Under the pieces are notes generated by a model that saw only the letters and a program-made list of their open reading frames with translations, was not told the DNA's origin and searched no databases. DNA of 64,000 nt from an uncultured Ruminococcus sp. GTDB lineage: Bacteria; Bacillota; Clostridia; Oscillospirales; CAG-272. Of this stretch, positions 19,913 to 27,296 are shown in pieces (position 1 is the stretch's first letter; the number at the start of each line of letters is the position of its first letter). The stretch is from NCBI GenBank assembly GCA_964430105.1, contig CAYSEF010000005.1, forward strand, positions 183 through 64,182, in the 5' to 3' direction. The position numbers and the translations under genes were made by a program.

Positions 19913-21223
19913 ATGAGCATGACATTTTCAAAATCTATTCCGGAATACTGTGGAGGTAAGCTGAATAACAGCCTTTACAATGCAGGTGGAATGCTTGCCG
20001 ATGACAGAAACGGTACTACACCGGAAGATTGCCCAATGCAGCTTATCACTGAAACAAACGAAAGCGAATTTGCATCATATATTGAAAATCTGAAAAATTC
20101 AGGATTTACTCTCAAATTTTACAATTCAACTCCCTCTCACATTGCAGCACAGCTTTCTTCTGATGATACAACTGTATATACATATTACACACGAGCATTA
20201 GGTGAAGTGCGAATTATCGAAGATCGTGCCGGTGTAACTGTTGACGATTTTTCTTATTCCTGCGAAACCGAAAAACCGCTGGATATCGTACAGTACGGAC
20301 TCTATTACGATAAAAACAATGATTGTACCGCCACCACTGTAAACTGCGGAATGATGTATATTGTTAGACTCGCAGATAACAGCCTCTTCATTATAGATGG
20401 CGGTCACAGATATCAATGCTCCGATGAAGCTGTAGCAGGTATGGCAAAATATATGCATCAGCTCACAGAAACAAGCTCTGACGAAAAAATTCGCATAGCA
20501 GGTTGGTATTTCACTCACGCACACGGTGATCATATTGCAGCCTGTGTACGACTTCTCAGAACTTATCCCGGAATATTTGATATTGAACGTGTAATGTTTA
20601 ATTTCCCATCGTTTGCAGTTAAACCGCAGGGCTACGACCACGACACATTCATACTCAAAGATACACTACGCGAATTCTGTCCGAATGTAAAATGCTTAAA
20701 GCTTCACACAGGTCAGAAATTCACTCTTGCGAATGCGGAATTTGATGTTCTTTATACTCATGAAGATGCTGTTAATTCCGATGACACGACGATATTCCCA
20801 TTCCGTGACTTCAACTGCACTTCTTCAATTCTGAAAATGACAAACGCAGGAAAAACTGTCATGTGGCTGGGTGATACAAATGTTGAAACCGAACAGCTTG
20901 TATCTAAGACAATACCACAGGAAATGTGGAAATCAGATGTTGTACAAGTAGCTCACCACTGCTTCAATTATCTTTCAACATTATATCCCTTTATAGATGC
21001 AAAATATGCATTCATGCCGAACTCATATTTTGGATCACACACACCCGAAAACACTCCTAAACTGGCAGATGTTATCGCACATCTATCTTCATCCGAAAAT
21101 ATCTGGTACGAGGAATACACAACAGCTATCAGACCCTCGAAAAACGGATTTGAAGTTACTCACAAGGAAAACTGCATTGGCGTTGAGCACGACGGAGTTG
21201 ATCTGTACGGCGTAAAGGCTTAA
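19913..21223 (+). CDS. MBL-fold metallo-hydrolase (cytoplasmic, long N-terminal extension)
   Basis: HxHxDH motif FTHAHGDHIAAC and no signal peptide. ATG 19913 follows AGGAG. Confidence 0.65.
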   Translation: MSMTFSKSIPEYCGGKLNNSLYNAGGMLADDRNGTTPEDCPMQLITETNESEFASYIENLKNSGFTLKFYNSTPSHIAAQLSSDDTTVYTYYTRALGEVRIIEDRAGVTVDDFSYSCETEKPLDIVQYGLYYDKNNDCTATTVNCGMMYIVRLADNSLFIIDGGHRYQCSDEAVAGMAKYMHQLTETSSDEKIRIAGWYFTHAHGDHIAACVRLLRTYPGIFDIERVMFNFPSFAVKPQGYDHDTFILKDTLREFCPNVKCLKLHTGQKFTLANAEFDVLYTHEDAVNSDDTTIFPFRDFNCTSSILKMTNAGKTVMWLGDTNVETEQLVSKTIPQEMWKSDVVQVAHHCFNYLSTLYPFIDAKYAFMPNSYFGSHTPENTPKLADVIAHLSSSENIWYEEYTTAIRPSKNGFEVTHKENCIGVEHDGVDLYGVKA

Positions 21224-21247
21224 ACAAAAGTTTATAAGGACATCAAC

Positions 21248-22303
21248 ATGAATAAAAGCATTAAAGTAACATCTCTGCTGTTAGTTCTCTCGCTGTTGAC
21301 AACATCGTGTTTACGCTATGTTGACGATTATGAAATTGACGAACAGACCGACACAGAAACAGAAATAATCGTAATTCCCGAAACCGAACCTGAAACTGAA
21401 CCGGAAATCGTAGAAACCGAGCCTGAGTCTGAGATAATCGAAACTGAACCGGAAATCGAAACTGTCGATACCGAATCAGAAACAAACGCAAGTATGACTC
21501 TGCCCGACGACGGTTCCGGAAAGGTATACGGCATTGAGCTTGACAAAGGTTCGATTCACATTACAGAAGGACTTTCTGATATGCCTTGGGTAACTATGTA
21601 TCCTGCAAATGCAACTGACAAGTCGGAAATTTGGTCATCAAGCGACACAAGCATTGCGACTGTCGATAAATACGGTCGAATCATGGGCGTATCAGCAGGA
21701 ATTTGTACAGTAACAGTAGCTGCCGGAGCAAGACCTGATTTGAAGGTAGAAATAGAAGTCACAGTACATCCTCGTGAAGATGTGACCGAACCAACATATA
21801 TAAACGGTATTCTCATTGTAAATAAAACATACGCTTATCCGGCAAATTACAACAGTGGCATTGATCAAAGCGCACAAACTGCACTTGATGCACTAATAGC
21901 CGCTGCTTCATTCGAAGGCATTGAGCTATTTGTAAGATCGGGATTCCGTTCGTTTGAAACTCAAACCGAACTCTACAATCGCTATGTTTCCAACGATGGT
22001 AAAGAGGCGGCTGACAGATATTCTGCACGACCGGGACATTCTGAGCATCAGACAGGTCTTGCGTTTGATATGAATTCTCTTGATGAAAGCTTTGGCGAAA
22101 CAAAAGAAGGAATATGGCTTGCAGAACACTGTATGGAATACGGTTTTATCATTCGCTATCCAAAAGATAAAGAGGATCTCACAGGATATATTTATGAGCC
22201 TTGGCACATACGCTACCTTGGCACAGATATTGCAAAGGCTGTAGCAGACAGTGGTCTATGCTTGGAAGAATATCTCGAAATAGATTCATGCTACGAATAT
22301 TAA
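21248..22303 (+). CDS. lipoprotein with acidic TEPE-repeat linker, Big_2-like domain and M15B (VanY-type) D,D-carboxypeptidase domain
   Basis: Lipobox LLTTSC. Repeats ETEPETEPEIVETEPESEIIETEPEIE. M15B motifs SGFRSFETQ, GHSEHQTGLAFD and EPWHIRYLG. Confidence 0.8.
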   Translation: MNKSIKVTSLLLVLSLLTTSCLRYVDDYEIDEQTDTETEIIVIPETEPETEPEIVETEPESEIIETEPEIETVDTESETNASMTLPDDGSGKVYGIELDKGSIHITEGLSDMPWVTMYPANATDKSEIWSSSDTSIATVDKYGRIMGVSAGICTVTVAAGARPDLKVEIEVTVHPREDVTEPTYINGILIVNKTYAYPANYNSGIDQSAQTALDALIAAASFEGIELFVRSGFRSFETQTELYNRYVSNDGKEAADRYSARPGHSEHQTGLAFDMNSLDESFGETKEGIWLAEHCMEYGFIIRYPKDKEDLTGYIYEPWHIRYLGTDIAKAVADSGLCLEEYLEIDSCYEY

Positions 22304-22324
22304 AATAATCAATACAAAACAAAA

Positions 22325-22381
22325 AGAGGCTGCTCGCATTTCGGAATTTTACTTCCTTAGTGCAAGCAGCCCAACTTTTTT
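22325..22381 (+). repeat. conserved-loop hairpin terminator element, copy 2
   Basis: GAGGCTGCTCGC-ATTTCGGAATTTTACTTCCTTAG-TGCAAGCAGCC followed by a T-run, after the VanY-like gene. Confidence 0.8.
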
Positions 22382-22405
22382 ATTCAGTTTTATACAAAAC
22401 TACAA

Positions 22406-22870
22406 TTACCTTTTAAGAGAATCACGGATTTCTCTGAGGAGGAGGATTTCTTCGCTGGGTTCGGCAGCTTTAGCTTCTTCTTCAGCTTTTTTAGCTTCTT
22501 CTTCAGCCTTCTTTTCTTCGTCTTCCTTCTTCTTGAGAGCATCCTTAACTTTATTCAGTGTTCTTACCATTACAAAAACGCTGAATGCGATAAGCAGGAA
22601 ATTGATTATTGCCTGAATAAAAGAACCATACATAATAGCTACTTCAGCAGTTTCTTCAGTTGCTTCTGTAAGCACTATCTTATAGTCAGTGAGGTTGATA
22701 TCACCAAAAAGTTTACCTATAAGCGGATTGATGATGCCACTTACGAGCTGATTGACTATCGCAGTAAATGCTGAACCAACAACTACACCGACTGCCATAT
22801 CCAAAACATTACCACGTGCTATGAAGGTCTTGAATTCCGTCCAGAACGTGCTTTTCTTCTTGTCTGCCAT
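22406..22870 (-). CDS. mscL: large-conductance mechanosensitive channel MscL with Lys/Glu-rich insertion
   Basis: RGNVLDMAVGVVVGSAFTAIV... and C-terminal LLLREIRDSLKR. ATG 22870 follows GGAGGA. KKAEEEAKKAEEEAK is encoded by a tandem DNA repeat. Confidence 0.88.
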   Translation of the reverse strand: MADKKKSTFWTEFKTFIARGNVLDMAVGVVVGSAFTAIVNQLVSGIINPLIGKLFGDINLTDYKIVLTEATEETAEVAIMYGSFIQAIINFLLIAFSVFVMVRTLNKVKDALKKKEDEEKKAEEEAKKAEEEAKAAEPSEEILLLREIRDSLKR

Positions 22871-22884
22871 GATTTCCTCCAAAA

Positions 22885-23103
22885 TTAAACTGTCTTATTT
22901 TCTTCGTCTGTGTTCTTTTCGATAATGATCTTTGAGGTATCTATCTTACCATGAATTCGTTCATGATATGCCACATTTGTGCGAATGAGGTGCAGAAGGT
23001 GATTATTAACATCTCTACCATCAGCCTGCGCTACAGCGAGCATTTTTTTGTACATATCCTCATCGATACGAACCGAAAAGGTTATTTTATTTTTTTGTGC
23101 CAT
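22885..23103 (-). CDS. Arc/ribbon-helix-helix-type small DNA-binding protein
   Basis: 72 aa; the N-terminal ITFSVRIDEDMYKKMLAVAQADGRDVNNHLLHLI fits a beta-alpha-alpha RHH. A TTGAAA-17-TATAAT promoter lies upstream. It is 14 nt from mscL. Confidence 0.6.
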   Translation of the reverse strand: MAQKNKITFSVRIDEDMYKKMLAVAQADGRDVNNHLLHLIRTNVAYHERIHGKIDTSKIIIEKNTDEENKTV

Positions 23104-23335
23104 TTGTGCCTCCCGTATATTGGGTGATTGAGTATATTATAGCACAAGTTTTGTCGCATTTCAAGAGATATCGAAGCTTAATCCACACAAAGCTGCTATG
23201 AATTAAATGCTTTCGTAAGCGTAACCATACGATTGACTTTAACTTAAAGATATGCTATAATGTGCGTGACTTTATTAAGGTACTTTCTTCACTATAAATT
23301 TGAAGTGTGTATCAACTAACTCAAAGGAGGCCAAC

Positions 23336-24580
23336 ATGGCAACACCGAATTATCGCCGTACAAAATTCGCCTGTTTTTATGCCTATCTTTCAATGTCATC
23401 GGTATTCGTCCTTCCGCCAATACTTTTTACGACATTCCATGAAACATACGGTATTTCTTACACGCTCCTCGGCACGCTTGTACTCATCAATTTCTGTACA
23501 CAATTAGCAATCGACCTTGTATTCACATTCTTTTCAAAGTATTTCAACATACGAAATACTGTCCGTACAATGCCTCTTTTAACAAGTGTCGGAATACTCC
23601 TTTACGCTATCCTTCCTAATATTTTCACCAATCACTCATATCTTGGACTTGCGATAGGTACGTTCATTTTCTCTATTGCAGCAGGACTTTGTGAGGTTCT
23701 TCTCAGTCCAACGATAGCTGCTCTTCCCTCTGAACATCCTGACAAGGATATGAGTATGCTGCACGCTCTCTACGGTTGGGGCGTTGTTGGCAGCGTTATT
23801 ATCAGCTCCGTTTTCTTCGCTATATTCGGTACTGAAAATTGGATGTATCTTGCATTTTTCTTTGCACTTCTCCCGCTTATCGCATCATTTTTGTTCTGGA
23901 CATCACCAATACCCGATATGGATATCCACTCATCCGAAACAGGTTCAGGCTCACGAAATCGTTTTCTTGTACTGTGTGTAATCTGCATTTTCCTTGGAAG
24001 TGCATCCGAAAACTCTATGACAAACTGGATATCAAGCTATATGGAAAGTGCTCTGCAAATTCCAAAGGCAGTTGGCGATATCTTGGGATTGGCAGTATTT
24101 GCACTGCTTCTCGCAATGACACGAGTTTTGTACTCGAAATACACACCTAACATTACAAAAACTTTAATGTTCAGCATGATGGGTGCTGTAGTCTGCTATC
24201 TTATTGCCGGACTTTCAAGCAATGTAATTATTGCATTTTTAGCGTGCATTTTCACCGGCTTGTTTACAGCAATGCTTTGGCCGGGAACCTTGATATTGAT
24301 GGAAGAAAAAGTTCCTCATGCCGGAGTTGCGGCATATGCTTTAATGGCTGCCGGCGGTGACTTTGGCGCATCAGTTGCACCACAGCTTCTCGGAATAATC
24401 GTCGATAAAGTTTCTGTAAGCAGCTTTGCAACAAATATGAGCATTAGTTCAGGTATGACACCTGAGGAAATCGGAATGAAGATTGGTATGCTCTTTGCCT
24501 CAATATTCCCGCTTCTCGGAACACTTTTACTTGTATATATCTGGCGTTCCGGAAAGAATAAAGCAATCAAACAAAAATAA
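23336..24580 (+). CDS. MFS transporter
   Basis: About 12 TM helices. ATG 23336 is preceded by AAGGAGG. A TTGACT-17-TATAAT promoter lies about 23233-23261. Confidence 0.75.
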   Translation: MATPNYRRTKFACFYAYLSMSSVFVLPPILFTTFHETYGISYTLLGTLVLINFCTQLAIDLVFTFFSKYFNIRNTVRTMPLLTSVGILLYAILPNIFTNHSYLGLAIGTFIFSIAAGLCEVLLSPTIAALPSEHPDKDMSMLHALYGWGVVGSVIISSVFFAIFGTENWMYLAFFFALLPLIASFLFWTSPIPDMDIHSSETGSGSRNRFLVLCVICIFLGSASENSMTNWISSYMESALQIPKAVGDILGLAVFALLLAMTRVLYSKYTPNITKTLMFSMMGAVVCYLIAGLSSNVIIAFLACIFTGLFTAMLWPGTLILMEEKVPHAGVAAYALMAAGGDFGASVAPQLLGIIVDKVSVSSFATNMSISSGMTPEEIGMKIGMLFASIFPLLGTLLLVYIWRSGKNKAIKQK

Positions 24581-24599
24581 AATATTTACTAAAGCAAAA

Positions 24600-24655
24600 G
24601 GCTGATCGCATTTCGGAATTTTACTTCCTTAGTGCTATCAGCCTCTTATTTTTTT
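24600..24655 (+). repeat. conserved-loop hairpin terminator element, copy 3
   Basis: GGCTGATCGC-ATTTCGGAATTTTACTTCCTTAG-TGCTATCAGCC followed by a T-run. The loop is identical to copy 2 and the stem co-varies. Confidence 0.8.
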
Positions 24656-24802
24656 ATATCGGCAACTAAATTTTTTCTTTTACTTCAAATTATGTGCGTA
24701 ATTTTTGCATTTTAACAAAACTCAAACATTTCGTAATCAAATCGCAAACACTGCTAAGGTATAATTCAGTCATCAAATACAGATTACAAAAGAGGTAAAA
24801 AA

Positions 24803-25171
24803 ATGAACAACAACGACAAAAACTTTATCGCACAGAAGATCCGCACACAGTATATGGAAAAGCAAACCACTGAGCTTGACGAGCTCCGTGCTCTTGATGC
24901 ACAGGTAAAGCGACCGGCAAATATTTTCGGTTACGTTTTCGGCTCGATAGGTGCAATTATCATGGGTGCAGGCATGAGCCTTATTATGACTGATATCAGT
25001 GAAACCTTAGGAATCGCTGATCCTATGGTACCCGGAATCATCGTCGGAGTAGTCGGTCTGGCTATGGCACTTGCAAATTATCCACTCTACAAAATGATAC
25101 TCAGCAAGAGAAAAGATGCTTACGCAAGCGAAATTCTCGCACTTAGTGATAAGATAATTTCAAAAAACTAA
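24803..25171 (+). CDS. small membrane protein (2 TM), function unknown
   Basis: 122 aa with an N-terminal helical region followed by two hydrophobic helices. Confidence 0.5.
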   Translation: MNNNDKNFIAQKIRTQYMEKQTTELDELRALDAQVKRPANIFGYVFGSIGAIIMGAGMSLIMTDISETLGIADPMVPGIIVGVVGLAMALANYPLYKMILSKRKDAYASEILALSDKIISKN

Positions 25172-25247
25172 TCCACACTAAATTTAAGCTTACATTAAAG
25201 TAATATCGTCGTGAAATAATTATATATTTCAGATATATTCAAATGGT

Positions 25248-26219
25248 TTACTTAAACTCCACGCAATTCTGACGTCTTACTTCGTCCATAATATCAAGTG
25301 TAATATATGTGTTTTCGTGGAACTTATCCGCAGACATTTCTCCGTTTATAATTTTCACGAAATCCGCAACCTCATAGATCATGTTGCAATCATCTCTGTT
25401 TGGTACAAGTGTTATTTTTTCCTGACCTCTCATGCACAATTCAACACCATCCATTACAGAGAGCTTTCCGAGCAAAACGACTCCGTCTTCACCGGTAATG
25501 ACCGATGGATTGTAGGATTCAGTTATTTTTGAATACACAACTTCAGCCTGCATATCACCATAGTCGAGAAATATCGTGCCCATTCCTTCAAAGCCATTAT
25601 GAAGCTTGATTGATCTTGCGTACACAGATTTTGGCTTTCCAAACAGCATTACACAAACGTGCACAGCATAGCAGCCGATATCCATTATTGCAGCATTACC
25701 CAATTCAGGCTTGAATGCATTGAGAACTTCACCTGCTTTGAACTTGTCGTATCTTGAAGAATACTGGCAAAAATCAAAAACTGCACGACGGATAGTTCCT
25801 ATCTTACCCATAGCTTCTCGTGCTGTTTCTATTGCAGGATCATGTCCCGGACGCATTGCCTCTATAATAACAACATTCTTTTCCTTTGCAAGCTTTGTCA
25901 ATTCTTCAAATTCATCTCTGCACAATGTCGCAGGTTTTTCAAGAAGGACGTGCTTACCATGGTTAATGGCATTTTTTGCATATTCATAATGCAGAAAATT
26001 TGGGCTGGCAATATAAACCGCATCAATATCTGACGACAAAAATTCTTCCATGTCTGTGTAAATCTTGTCGATTCCATGTTTGTCGGCAAATTCAGTGCCT
26101 TTTTCCGCTGTTCTGGAATATACTGCATGATTTTCAATTCCATCCGAGAGCTTTACACTGTCGCAGAGCCAATCCGAAACGAAATTTGTACCTATAACTC
26201 CAAGTTTAATATTACTCAT
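25248..26219 (-). CDS. Gfo/Idh/MocA-family NAD(P)-dependent oxidoreductase
   Basis: 323 aa with an N-terminal Rossmann segment (KLGVIGTNFVS) and the EKP motif (LLEKPATL). Confidence 0.8.
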   Translation of the reverse strand: MSNIKLGVIGTNFVSDWLCDSVKLSDGIENHAVYSRTAEKGTEFADKHGIDKIYTDMEEFLSSDIDAVYIASPNFLHYEYAKNAINHGKHVLLEKPATLCRDEFEELTKLAKEKNVVIIEAMRPGHDPAIETAREAMGKIGTIRRAVFDFCQYSSRYDKFKAGEVLNAFKPELGNAAIMDIGCYAVHVCVMLFGKPKSVYARSIKLHNGFEGMGTIFLDYGDMQAEVVYSKITESYNPSVITGEDGVVLLGKLSVMDGVELCMRGQEKITLVPNRDDCNMIYEVADFVKIINGEMSADKFHENTYITLDIMDEVRRQNCVEFK

Positions 26220-26372
26220 GATTCTCCTCCATTCTGATGACTGTAAGCATCAGAGCATATACCTAATTATACCATATATTCACAAAGCGTGCAATCATAA
26301 CGCAAAACTTTAATTTACAAAAAAACAAAAACGGAACAGGGGTATTTCCCATTCCGTTTTTTATTTTTTCTA

Positions 26373-27185
26373 TTATTTGTTGTCGATTGTGACATTGAGG
26401 TGGTTGTACGGTATTTCTATCTCGAACTTGTCGAAGGCTTTCTTTACATCCTCCCACATATCGAAATACACAGTCCAATAGTTCGCAGATTCACACCAAA
26501 TACGAAGCTTGATTGTAACAGCGGATTCACCATGAGCAGCTACAAAAACCTCCGGTGCAGGCTCTTTTAAGATAAGGTCGTTCATAGAGGAGGTTGCAAG
26601 AAGAACCTTACGAACGAGATCAATATCGGTGTCATAAGCCACATTGAAATCGAAATCGATACGACGAGTTTTTTCAGTAGAAAGGTTATTGATAGTGGAA
26701 TTTGCAAGAGTAGAATTAGGTACTGCAATATCCTGATTATCGCCTGTTGTGATTCTTGTGTAGTAAATTCCAATTTCAGTGACAACTCCGCTGACATCGC
26801 CGGCAATGATAAAGTCTCCTACATGGAACGGCTTGCAGAACATAATGATAATACCACTTGCGATATTTGAAAGTCCGCCTTGAAGTGCAAGACCTATTGC
26901 CAAGCCACACGAGCCAAGTACAGCTACAACAGAAGATTCAGGTACACCAAGTACAATCACAGCTGTCAATACAACAATAAGCTTCAATCCGATTCCGACA
27001 AAATTAGTTACAAAATTTTGTACATTTATGTCTGCCTTCTGAAATAACTTAGTTTTGGTAACAGCCTTTGTCAATGCTTTAACAACAGCAAAACCAACTG
27101 CAATTATCAGCAATGCCAAAATCAGGTTCAGCACAAACGGAACAACATAAGCGTTCACAAAGCTGGAAATCCACACCATATCCAT
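26373..27185 (-). CDS. small-conductance mechanosensitive channel (MscS family)
   Basis: TM helices followed by PFHVGDFI...GVVTEIGIYYTRITTGDNQDIAVPNS. ATG 27185 is preceded by GGAG. Confidence 0.85.
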   Translation of the reverse strand: MDMVWISSFVNAYVVPFVLNLILALLIIAVGFAVVKALTKAVTKTKLFQKADINVQNFVTNFVGIGLKLIVVLTAVIVLGVPESSVVAVLGSCGLAIGLALQGGLSNIASGIIIMFCKPFHVGDFIIAGDVSGVVTEIGIYYTRITTGDNQDIAVPNSTLANSTINNLSTEKTRRIDFDFNVAYDTDIDLVRKVLLATSSMNDLILKEPAPEVFVAAHGESAVTIKLRIWCESANYWTVYFDMWEDVKKAFDKFEIEIPYNHLNVTIDNK

Positions 27186-27296
27186 AATATACTCCTTAAA
27201 AATAAGATAACGCATTTATTATACTATATGGATGCAGGAAATTCAACCTGATTTTCGAGAAATTTGTGAAACTTCTATTAAGCAAAGTATACTGAA

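Noticed and set aside
21340-21480. Short-period repeats (GAAACCGAACCTGAAACT-like)
   Set aside because: They are in-frame coding repeats that give the TEPE acidic stalk of the VanY-like lipoprotein. They are not a CRISPR array or a non-coding satellite.
26263-26478. 71-aa minus-strand ORF overlapping the 3' end of the MscS gene
   Set aside because: It overlaps mscS in another frame and runs through the mscS terminator hairpin (AACGGAA...TTCCGTT, about 26326-26362). There is no coding support.
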